A DNA stretch of 44,936 nt, from contig CAYGIH010000002.1 in NCBI GenBank assembly GCA_964349945.1, positions 1 through 44,936 of the forward strand, in the 5' to 3' direction. The notes beneath the pieces were generated by a model, which was not told the DNA's origin, made no database searches, and saw only the letters and a list, made by a program, of their open reading frames with translations. Source of the stretch: an uncultured Candidatus Saccharibacteria bacterium. GTDB lineage: Bacteria; Patescibacteriota; Minisyncoccia; Phycocordibacterales; Zambryskibacteraceae. A program made the position numbers and the translations under genes. Of the stretch, positions 29,795-36,799 are shown in pieces (position 1 is the first letter of the stretch; every line of letters begins with the position of its first letter).

Positions 29795-30399
29795 TTTTGC
29801 TCCAGACCCAAATGCCTGTCCACGACTTCCTTAACAGCGACAGCCAAGTCCTTGGCCAAACTCTCAGCTCCCTCTCTCTGAAGGCGTTGCATCTTGGCTG
29901 AAGTACTGATGCTCTCAGGTGGAGCTTGGGGATCAAGATGTTCAATCCGACCACAGAACTCATCCAAGATTGCCTTGTCCTTGTCTGTGAATGAGCTCGT
30001 CGTCTTGGACATCACGAGTACATCCGGCTTCACTAACCTGATGAGGTCGTACATGTGCTGGTCCACATCTCGCCGAGTGATAATCTTCACAAACGAAAGC
30101 ATCGACAGGAGTTCAATACGTTCATTGAACCCATCGAATGGACGAGTCGGGCCCTTCATTTGACGCGTCAGCTCGTCGGAGTCAACCCCAACGATGAGGA
30201 TATCTCCGAACTGCGAGGCTTCCTGCAGGTAGCGACCATGTCCAACATGGAACATGTCGTAAACACCTTGTGTGAGTACAATCTTGTAACCAGATTCACG
30301 CAATAGTCGAACCATCACTTCAAGATCATTGAAGTCGGGGATGTACTTCCCGTGCAAACCACTACTGCCTTCCAAAACACCCTTGAGATTTGGTGTCAC
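29791..30399 (-). CDS. Cytidylyltransferase-like (HxGH nucleotidyltransferase; RfaE-II/TagD/RibL-like) protein
   Basis: IVLTQGVYDMFHVGHGRYLQEASQFGDILIVGVDSDELTRQMKGPTRP provides the HxGH motif, and a distal ISTSAKMQR motif is present. The GTG start is preceded by GGAGG. Confidence 0.75.
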   Translation of the reverse strand: MTPNLKGVLEGSSGLHGKYIPDFNDLEVMVRLLRESGYKIVLTQGVYDMFHVGHGRYLQEASQFGDILIVGVDSDELTRQMKGPTRPFDGFNERIELLSMLSFVKIITRRDVDQHMYDLIRLVKPDVLVMSKTTSSFTDKDKAILDEFCGRIEHLDPQAPPESISTSAKMQRLQREGAESLAKDLAVAVKEVVDRHLGLEQK

Positions 30400-30460
30400 A
30401 AAGCCTCCGTGAAAGTATTTACAAGGACCAAAGTCTGTTCTTACTTTACTTGCTCATAAG

Positions 30461-30490
30461 AAAAACAAAAGCTCCATAAATGGAGCTTTT
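30461..30490. terminator. Bidirectional hairpin terminator downstream of the 30513-31133 gene
   Basis: The stem AAAGCTCCA-taaa-TGGAGCTTT is flanked by A-rich and T-rich runs. Confidence 0.65.
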
Positions 30491-30512
30491 GTGTTCAAAT
30501 TTTTAACTTTTT

Positions 30513-31133
30513 TTAACGAAGAAAATCAAAGAAAGACCAAAACGAAGAACTCTTGGATGCCGTCGCAGTAAGACCAGACGAAGCCACCACTGGTGGTGTA
30601 TATGTGACAACTGCAGATATTCTACTTAACCTCACACCCTTGGTTCCTCCACTATAAACAACCCCAATTTCTAGGTTTGTTGTTGAGCCTTTAGGGATAT
30701 TCAATCCAGAAAAAGAATACGTGGGTAAATCAGACGGCATTGTACCTCTTAATTCATAACTAGTTGAATCCTCGCTATCTACCCCATCTACTCTATAAAA
30801 AACCTTCATTTCTGAATTAGCCTTACCACTCGAGCTCTTTGAAGCACATGGTGTGATATCAATTTTTGTAATTTGGGAACCGTTTGGTACATAATAAGTA
30901 GCTCCTATTCGAAATGAATCACGGCTGTTTAATGTGGTCGTACTATCATAAGTCCTTGTACCATCACACGAATAAGTTTCCGTTACTTGTTGATACTGAA
31001 TCTTTCCATACCTTGGTATCCATTGTCTATAAAATCCATCAGCCTCTGGTAGTAATACTGGGGTCGTATCCGCAAACACTGGTAAAGCTATAAATAATAG
31101 AGGAACCACAAACATCAATATATTTTTTCTCAT
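30513..31133 (-). CDS. Secreted hypothetical protein (low GC, native-looking composition)
   Basis: The ORF is 206 aa with a signal peptide (MRKNILMFVVPLLFIALPVFA). I recognise no motif. Confidence 0.6.
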   Translation of the reverse strand: MRKNILMFVVPLLFIALPVFADTTPVLLPEADGFYRQWIPRYGKIQYQQVTETYSCDGTRTYDSTTTLNSRDSFRIGATYYVPNGSQITKIDITPCASKSSSGKANSEMKVFYRVDGVDSEDSTSYELRGTMPSDLPTYSFSGLNIPKGSTTNLEIGVVYSGGTKGVRLSRISAVVTYTPPVVASSGLTATASKSSSFWSFFDFLR

Positions 31134-31173
31134 AGTTAAAACATACTCCCATGAATACAGATGTCAACAATAA

Positions 31174-31197
31174 TAAAAAAGCCCCTCTTATAGGGCT
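31174..31197 (-). terminator. Rho-independent terminator of the ParB/Srx-like gene
   Basis: On the minus strand the stem AGCCC/GGGCT is followed by a T-run. It overlaps the stop codon. Confidence 0.55.
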
Positions 31198-31861
31198 ATC
31201 CATCGATGCCAACTCTCTCGAGTTGGCGGAAAAGGTCTGGATGAAGATCAAAATATCTTTTTTCACGAGGGGGTTTTTCCTCGACAACCACAACCTTCTC
31301 CCACATCTGCGGAGTGCAAGGAAACGGCACCTTCACCCCGCTCACGATAATCGTCTCAAGAGTAGTGCCAACCCGCATCACTAAAAAGTTGCGATGCATT
31401 CCATCGAGAAGGATTTTTCTTTCTCCTTGTTCAACTATTGGTGGAAGGTAATGGGCGAGAGCAAGTGTCCCATCTACTAGTTCACCGTACACGATGAGAG
31501 CTGTGCACTTGGCTACACCCTTCGTAGTACAAAAACCGTCGAAGAAAGTTGAGAACATCTCAATGAGTGATTGATATTTCTTCCTTTCCACGAAGGTCTG
31601 CCCCACAAGAAGAATCGATGGATCAATTCTCGCGGTGGTAATAATAGCCCCCTCGTATGGCCTTATGTTACTGTCTCCAGCCAGAGTAACACTAGAAAGA
31701 ATTTGCTTGAGATACTCCATAGGCATGACCCTAATTTCCCTCACCCGAATGAGCTCGCGAAGGGAAACCACTAATCTAACCTTATCCCACCCACTGAAAA
31801 AATCCTCATGCCTCATGCCGGTGTTGTGCTCAAACTCCTCAAGATCAAGTCTTTTTAGCAT
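31196..31861 (-). CDS. ParB/sulfiredoxin-fold (DGxHR motif) domain protein, function unknown
   Basis: HYLPPIVEQGERKILLDGMHRNFLVMRVG resembles the ParB-like nuclease/Srx core (PPI-V...DG-HR). GC is higher than in the flanks. A GGAG SD precedes the ATG at 31861; the ORF is open to a TTG at 31879. Confidence 0.6.
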   Translation of the reverse strand: MLKRLDLEEFEHNTGMRHEDFFSGWDKVRLVVSLRELIRVREIRVMPMEYLKQILSSVTLAGDSNIRPYEGAIITTARIDPSILLVGQTFVERKKYQSLIEMFSTFFDGFCTTKGVAKCTALIVYGELVDGTLALAHYLPPIVEQGERKILLDGMHRNFLVMRVGTTLETIIVSGVKVPFPCTPQMWEKVVVVEEKPPREKRYFDLHPDLFRQLERVGIDG

Positions 31862-31907
31862 TGTGGCTCCACTCGTCAAAGGACTATCTCTCCAAAGGGT
31901 AACAAAC

Positions 31908-31916
31908 TGCTATAAT
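31908..31916 (+). promoter_or_regulatory. Extended -10 promoter (TGcTATAAT) placed for a leaderless transcript of the 31924 gene
   Basis: TG is at 31908-31909 and TATAAT at 31911-31916. Seven nt precede the ATG at 31924 and there is no SD. Confidence 0.45.
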
Positions 31917-31923
31917 ACTAGCA

Positions 31924-32466
31924 ATGAAAATTGGACTAGATTTTGATGGGGTAATTTCTGACTGCCTGGAGATGAAATCCAGATTTGCCAAGGAAATGTA
32001 TGGGGTGGATATTCCTCCTTATGATTTTAAAAAAGAAATTGTTTTTGAAAGAAAACTATTAACACCTGAAGAGTACAGAAACCTTCAATTAAAGATTTAT
32101 GAGGATGAAGAAATTGGCTTAACGATAAATGAAGTTATGGGGGCAATAGATGGGATTAAGAATTTAATGAAAGACCATAATGTGGTTGTGGTAACTTCTA
32201 GGGGTGATAGTTCGGTAAAGATAGCAAGAAAATGGTTAAACAAAAGAGGTGTAGATCTTCCTTTTATTTCAGTTCAATACGGGATGGATAAAATGGTGGC
32301 TAAAGATTGTGATGTGTTTATAGATGACGACCTAGTAAAACTAGTACCACTATCTGGACATGTACCTAAACTTTTTTTATTTTCCTGGCCATATAACCAA
32401 GAAGATTCACACCCATCCATTACTAGAGTAGCCAGCTGGAAAGATTTCTTAGATAAAATTGAATAA
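31924..32466 (+). CDS. HAD-superfamily phosphatase, 5'(3')-deoxyribonucleotidase-like
   Basis: The N-terminal HAD motif I reads MKIGLDFDGVISDC. VVVVTSR (motif II-like) and FIDDD (motif IV-like) are also present. The ORF is 180 aa. Confidence 0.65.
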   Translation: MKIGLDFDGVISDCLEMKSRFAKEMYGVDIPPYDFKKEIVFERKLLTPEEYRNLQLKIYEDEEIGLTINEVMGAIDGIKNLMKDHNVVVVTSRGDSSVKIARKWLNKRGVDLPFISVQYGMDKMVAKDCDVFIDDDLVKLVPLSGHVPKLFLFSWPYNQEDSHPSITRVASWKDFLDKIE

Positions 32467-32496
32467 AAAAACCGAATCAAGAAGATTCGGTTTTTT
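32465..32496. terminator. Bidirectional terminator between the HAD gene and rplK
   Basis: The sequence reads an A-run, ACCGAATC, aagaa, GATTCGGT, T6. Confidence 0.75.
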
Positions 32497-32500
32497 AGGT

Positions 32501-32923
32501 TTATTTCACATCCACGCCCATTGACCTTGCGGTGCCGGCGATAATTTTCTTAGCTCCCTCCATATCGTTTGCATTCAAGTCTGACATTTTCTTCTCTGCA
32601 ATCTGTGTGAGTTGGGCCTGATTTATAGAACCAATCTTCGCTGTATTGGGTTTACCAGAACCTTTTTCTTGACCCAAAACCTTAAGGATAAGATTAGCTG
32701 CAGGTTCAGTCTTATAAGTCATCTTGTAAGTTCTGTCTTCATAAATCTCAACAACTGTAGGGACGATATCCCCAACTCTGTCTTTGGTCTCATCATTAAA
32801 ACGCTTCACGAATTCACCGATTTGAATCCCCGCACCTCCGAGCACAGGTCCAAGAGCCTGACCAGGTACTGCCTTGCCTCCAGGGATTTGTAGTTTGAGT
32901 ATTTTTGTAACTTTTTTTGCCAT
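32501..32923 (-). CDS. rplK: 50S ribosomal protein L11
   Basis: KLQIPGGKAVPGQALGPVLGGAGIQIGEFVKRFNDET is present in a 140-aa ORF. Confidence 0.95.
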   Translation of the reverse strand: MAKKVTKILKLQIPGGKAVPGQALGPVLGGAGIQIGEFVKRFNDETKDRVGDIVPTVVEIYEDRTYKMTYKTEPAANLILKVLGQEKGSGKPNTAKIGSINQAQLTQIAEKKMSDLNANDMEGAKKIIAGTARSMGVDVK

Positions 32924-32945
32924 AGTATTAGAAAGCTAGATTACC

Positions 32946-33491
32946 TTACATTTTCTTAATCTGCAAGAAGTCGAGCTCAACTGGGGTCTCTCGCCCGAAC
33001 ATAGAAACAAGTACTTTAACCTTGCCCCTCTCAGCATCCACTTCACTTACCTTGCCTTCAAGGTCTTTAAACGGACCGTCCACAATGAGAACCGCATCAT
33101 CGGGTACAAGATTAATAGTGTGCATCACTTTACCATCATTCATTCGAGCGAAGAGAGCTTCAACTTCCTTCTCTTCTATAGGCACAGGATAAACTCCTGA
33201 ACCAACGAAGCCGGTCACACGTGGAGTGTTTCTAACCACATACCAAGAATCATCGGTCACAATCATATCTACCAAGATGTAACCTGGGTAAATTTTCTCT
33301 TCTTCTTCTACGCGTTTGTTGCCTTTGATTTTTATTTTCTTCTCTGTAGGGACAATGACATTGAAAATTTTATCCTCCATCCCCAGAGACTCAATACGTT
33401 GTTTGAGATTTCTCTGTACAGCATTTTCATATCCAGCATAAGTGTGGATGACGTACCAGTGTCTACCTTCTGAGATTTTTTGTTTGGACAT
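32946..33491 (-). CDS. nusG: Transcription termination/antitermination factor NusG
   Basis: The NGN N-terminus reads WYVIHTYAGYENAV and the KOW motif lies in VDGPFKDLEGKVSEVD. Position in the secE-nusG-rplK order supports the call. Confidence 0.93.
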   Translation of the reverse strand: MSKQKISEGRHWYVIHTYAGYENAVQRNLKQRIESLGMEDKIFNVIVPTEKKIKIKGNKRVEEEEKIYPGYILVDMIVTDDSWYVVRNTPRVTGFVGSGVYPVPIEEKEVEALFARMNDGKVMHTINLVPDDAVLIVDGPFKDLEGKVSEVDAERGKVKVLVSMFGRETPVELDFLQIKKM

Positions 33492-33497
33492 GTGCGA

Positions 33498-33683
33498 TTA
33501 AACTAAAATAAACTTTTGGATAATAAGAGAGAAAATATAATCAAAGAATCCAAGGAAAAAGGCTGTGAAAATAGACACAATGATTACTATCACAGTGAAA
33601 CCAATCGCTTGCCTGCGAGTAGGCCAAGAAACATGTTTGAGTTCTCCGCGAGTATCTTTGAGATAATTAATGAATGTATTCAT
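33498..33683 (-). CDS. secE: Preprotein translocase subunit SecE
   Basis: The ORF is 61 aa. LKDTRGELKHVSWPTRRQ is followed by a single TM helix, and the gene lies directly upstream of nusG. TAATAT lies 7 nt upstream of the ATG. Confidence 0.88.
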   Translation of the reverse strand: MNTFINYLKDTRGELKHVSWPTRRQAIGFTVIVIIVSIFTAFFLGFFDYIFSLIIQKFILV

Positions 33684-33695
33684 GGGCTTTATATT

Positions 33696-33714
33696 AAAAA
33701 ACGCCCCGTGGCGT
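33696..33714 (-). terminator. Rho-independent terminator after the SIMPL-domain gene
   Basis: The minus strand reads ACGCC-acgg-GGCGT followed by T6. Confidence 0.6.
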
Positions 33715-33759
33715 CCCTTAATACTACTACAAGAGTAGTCTCTTTGTCAAATACTAAAC

Positions 33760-34554
33760 TTAACGGATTTCGTAGGTGACGGTCACATTGGCTGTCACCT
33801 TATTCTCACCCTTTGGTACAGTTGGAGCCGCATCTGGAGCAGCTACTGCTTTCATCATGCTCACTCCGTTCATTCCCTCTCCATAAATCGGATAACCGTT
33901 TTGAGCATCATAGAACCCAACCACTTTTACTATCTTTACTCCGAGGTTTTTAGCTAATTCATCTGCCTTACTCTTGGCGTTCTTTATTGCATTTGCTCTG
34001 GCTTCCTTTATTACTTTTTCTGGATCATCGTTGGTGAAGGTTAGACCAGAAACATTTGTTGCTCCCTTGTCTCCAACTACAGCAAGTGCCTTACCCGCAT
34101 CATCTGTTTTTCTGACTTTCACTAAAATAGAATGATTAACAGTAAAACCGTCTGCTACTTGTCTTGAAGGAGGACAATACATGGATGTACAAACTGGTTG
34201 AACATAAGAATACTTTGGCCAAACTGCATAGTCAGTTGTTTTAATATCTTTGTCTTCAATACCTAAGGTTTTCAAACCGGCAAGTATCTCATCAGTTTTT
34301 TTAGTCACTGTTCCTTGAGCGTCACTGACATTTTTTGATTCAGCTGAAACAGTGAAAGAAAATGTGGCGAGGTCAGGAATAGAAACTGCTTCACCCTTAC
34401 CTGTCACCTGAATTGAATTATAGGCAGGGTTCGTATTATCTATTGATTTGAAAACACTGAGTGATTGTCCGAGCAAAAATACAGCAAGGAAAATTACTGC
34501 CCACGTAGCCCACTTAAAAAACTTTTTTACTTCTACTACTATTTCTCTATCCAT
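33760..34554 (-). CDS. SIMPL-domain (DUF541-like) secreted/periplasmic protein
   Basis: The ORF is 264 aa with an N-terminal TM/signal segment. The central and C-terminal pattern (ARANAIKNAKSKADELAKNLG ... VTANVTVTYEI) is typical of SIMPL/BP26-like proteins. Confidence 0.65.
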   Translation of the reverse strand: MDREIVVEVKKFFKWATWAVIFLAVFLLGQSLSVFKSIDNTNPAYNSIQVTGKGEAVSIPDLATFSFTVSAESKNVSDAQGTVTKKTDEILAGLKTLGIEDKDIKTTDYAVWPKYSYVQPVCTSMYCPPSRQVADGFTVNHSILVKVRKTDDAGKALAVVGDKGATNVSGLTFTNDDPEKVIKEARANAIKNAKSKADELAKNLGVKIVKVVGFYDAQNGYPIYGEGMNGVSMMKAVAAPDAAPTVPKGENKVTANVTVTYEIR

Positions 34555-34595
34555 ATATTTATAGGATTATCTACTAATATACCTATTTTAGCATA

Positions 34596-35258
34596 CTATG
34601 CTTTTCTCCTCATTGGTTTTCGTTCTTCTAAGAAAATATTAAATATTAGAGCAGAGAAGCTAACAACCATAAGACCGAGAGCAAATCCGGCTAGAATATC
34701 AAGAGACCAGTGTGCTCCAAGATAAATTCGTGAAAATGAAATCAAGCTGGCTCCAATTATACAACCAACAACCAATACGGCTTTGCCCCACATAGATTCT
34801 ATCCAGTCATAAAACGAATAAGCGGTAGTGAAGAAAAATGTTGTCGCCACTGTCGCATGACCCGATGGGAAACTCCAACCAGAGATACCTATGAGGACCG
34901 CATCCGGACGAGCCATTTGAAATGTATCCTTCATTATTATTAAAGTAATCATTCCTACACTCATAGACACTATGTAAAGCAGAGCGTCATATGTTTCTCC
35001 TTTTAAAAGTAAGATGACTACCAAAACAATAGTCATCACAGCAAGAGTCATCGGACTACCTACATTAGTTATCCAAATCATAAAGGATGTAAGCCAAGGA
35101 GCCCTGATAACTAGAATCGCAGATTCTATAGCTGTATTAAACGGAGTCAACTCCGTCCCACTTATCAGCCCATCTATTATAAGCACAAGGGCAAAGCCCG
35201 AAATTATATATACAAGCAGAAATAGAAAGGTCTTTGCCCATCTATGAAATGAAATCAT
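34596..35258 (-). CDS. PAP2-family membrane phosphatase (undecaprenyl-diphosphatase-like)
   Basis: The PAP2 motifs are present: KDTFQMARP, SFPSGHA and SRIYLGAHWSLD. Confidence 0.85.
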   Translation of the reverse strand: MISFHRWAKTFLFLLVYIISGFALVLIIDGLISGTELTPFNTAIESAILVIRAPWLTSFMIWITNVGSPMTLAVMTIVLVVILLLKGETYDALLYIVSMSVGMITLIIMKDTFQMARPDAVLIGISGWSFPSGHATVATTFFFTTAYSFYDWIESMWGKAVLVVGCIIGASLISFSRIYLGAHWSLDILAGFALGLMVVSFSALIFNIFLEERKPMRRKA

Positions 35259-35280
35259 ACTAAAAGCCTATCATAAATTT

Positions 35281-35312
35281 AAAAAAAAAAGCCCAACCAG
35301 TATTGGTGGGCT
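35281..35312 (-). terminator. Rho-independent terminator of the 35329-35652 gene
   Basis: The minus strand reads AGCCCACCA-atac-TGGTTGGGCT followed by T10. Confidence 0.75.
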
Positions 35313-35328
35313 TGGTGAAACCAGTCGG

Positions 35329-35652
35329 TCAGGACTGGAAACGTCTGTGGCACTTGCCAAGATATTCATCGAAGCAAGCCTTCCTGTCCTTCAGTCTCTC
35401 ACGCAGAAAGCAGTTGACGACGCCGGGGCCGTCGACCTTCGCATGAGTGCTGGTCAGGCGGCGCGCTTCCTTCTCGGTCAGGTTATAGGTTTCCCTCAGA
35501 ATCTTCAGCCGACGCTTGCGCTCCTTCTCAGTGATAGAGGGTGAAAAGAGATCAACGAAGCACATGGTGTGATCGCTCAAGGTCACCATGTCATTCGTGT
35601 GGCTTGCCCGACGGGCGGTCCCGGAACCTGCGCGTTCGGTTGCTACTGCCAT
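35329..35652 (-). CDS. Small Cys-containing hypothetical protein, strongly GC-enriched orphan gene
   Basis: The ORF is 107 aa (start uncertain; GAGG lies upstream of the first ATG). The C-terminal Cys pattern reads NCF...KACFDEYLGKCH. It has its own -35 TTGACT promoter candidate and terminator. One 60-nt line hand-counted at ~65% GC. Confidence 0.55.
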   Translation of the reverse strand: MAVATERAGSGTARRASHTNDMVTLSDHTMCFVDLFSPSITEKERKRRLKILRETYNLTEKEARRLTSTHAKVDGPGVVNCFLRERLKDRKACFDEYLGKCHRRFQS

Positions 35653-35824
35653 TGGATCTGCCTCAAGGTTGGCTGTGAAAATGAAAAAGGGCTCTAGCCC
35701 TCATTTATATAACCAGAAAGACGTGTTCAAGTCAAATAAAATATTCGAGGCAATGATTATGTTTAAACTCACTTCGACTGTAGAATTATTGTTGTATTGT
35801 ATTTTTATAAATAAATTTAATTTA

Positions 35825-36241
35825 ATGTCACAAAAAGTATCATTGTTCTTACTTCGTATTTCATTAGGTTGGTATTTCTTTTATGCTGGGATCACAAAGG
35901 TGTTTGATCCAAACTGGTCTGCAGAAGGATATTTAAAGGGGGCCAAGCTTCTTTCTGGATTATATATGTGGTTTGCTTCTCCTGCTGTACTTCCTTATGT
36001 TAACTTTGTAAATTCTTGGGGACTTACTCTGCTCGGCATTTCTCTTATTCTTGGTGCTTATATTAAATATTCTGCGCCTCTTGGGGCTCTTTTGATGCTT
36101 CTATACTACATCCCACTAGGTATTATTTATCCTGATGCTCATTCGATGATTGTAGATAATCACGTTATCTTCATTTTTGTACTTCTATACTTTATGAAGG
36201 GTGGAGCAGGAATTTGGAGTTGGGATGAAAGAAAGAAATAA
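35825..36241 (+). CDS. DoxX-family membrane protein
   Basis: LLRISLGWYFFYAGITKVFDPNW is DoxX-like and there are four TM segments. I chose the ATG at 35825, because the ORF extension back to 35588 overlaps the antisense high-GC gene and looks non-coding. Confidence 0.75.
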   Translation: MSQKVSLFLLRISLGWYFFYAGITKVFDPNWSAEGYLKGAKLLSGLYMWFASPAVLPYVNFVNSWGLTLLGISLILGAYIKYSAPLGALLMLLYYIPLGIIYPDAHSMIVDNHVIFIFVLLYFMKGGAGIWSWDERKK

Positions 36242-36245
36242 AAAT

Positions 36246-36263
36246 AACTACCCTAGGGTAGTT
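36246..36263. terminator. Perfect 18-nt palindrome between convergent genes (hairpin/terminator candidate)
   Basis: AACTACCCTAGGGTAGTT is followed by ATTTT on the minus strand. It lies downstream of the HTH gene. Confidence 0.5.
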
Positions 36264-36264
36264 A

Positions 36265-36525
36265 CTACTTCGAAGAAACAATGTGTTTCTGGATTGTTCT
36301 TAGAACAATGAGCCTTCGTTCCTTGTGAGGAGCCTGTTTACTCCCCAGCCAACGAACGATTGTCGCTCTTTTTACTCCAGTAATTTCCGCGAGAGTCTCT
36401 GGGTAAACCCCGAATCTCGAAAGGGTGCGGATTAGCTCACCGAAGTCGCCATATGAGACAGTCCCGATGGTTTTAGACAGAAGTTCATGCACTTCACCGA
36501 GCGTTGTACATTCCCTAAATTGCAT
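36265..36525 (-). CDS. Small helix-turn-helix DNA-binding protein (higher GC)
   Basis: The ORF is 86 aa from the ATG at 36525, which is preceded by a strong SD (AGAGGAG). The HTH reads ETLAEITGVKRATIVRWLG. Confidence 0.65.
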   Translation of the reverse strand: MQFRECTTLGEVHELLSKTIGTVSYGDFGELIRTLSRFGVYPETLAEITGVKRATIVRWLGSKQAPHKERRLIVLRTIQKHIVSSK

Positions 36526-36644
36526 TGGGGCTCCTCTATAAAAGGGTTTGACCGAGCTCAAACTAACATACGAATAATGACAAATCAAGCAATTTAATAC
36601 TTAATGTGTGATAATTGAAGCAGTTATCACTAACCTATAAATAT

Positions 36645-36794
36645 ATGTTATCCACAATCGCAATCATTCTTATTATTCTCTGGCTACTGGGTATTGTGAC
36701 CTCTTATACAATCGGAGGTTTCATCCATGTGCTTTTGGTCATCGCCGTCATCATGATCTTGATTCGTCTAATTAGAGGAGAAAAAATATTCTAG
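36645..36794 (+). CDS. Lmo0937-family small membrane protein (49 aa, below the ORF-track cutoff)
   Basis: The translation is MLSTIAIILIILWLLGIVTSYTIGGFIHVLLVIAVIMILIRLIRGEKIF. This matches the characteristic two-helix pattern ...LWLLG...GG.IH.LLVIAV...I..LIRG. Confidence 0.7.
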   Translation: MLSTIAIILIILWLLGIVTSYTIGGFIHVLLVIAVIMILIRLIRGEKIF

Positions 36795-36799
36795 TAGCT

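Noticed and set aside
27000-31880. Whether the high-GC island is a chimeric metagenome assembly join.
   Set aside because: High- and low-GC genes are interleaved: a low-GC gene at 30513-31133 lies inside the island, and separate small high-GC genes lie at 17.9, 35.3 and 36.3 kb. Normal terminators and promoters sit at the boundaries, and housekeeping synteny resumes on both sides. A single chimeric junction would not give this pattern. Read mapping would still be needed for proof.
35588-35824. The N-terminal 79-aa extension of the DoxX ORF (the track ORF starts at 35588).
   Set aside because: The extension overlaps the antisense high-GC gene and the AT-rich spacer. It has no membrane or DoxX features. 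The DoxX-like sequence begins at the ATG at 35825.
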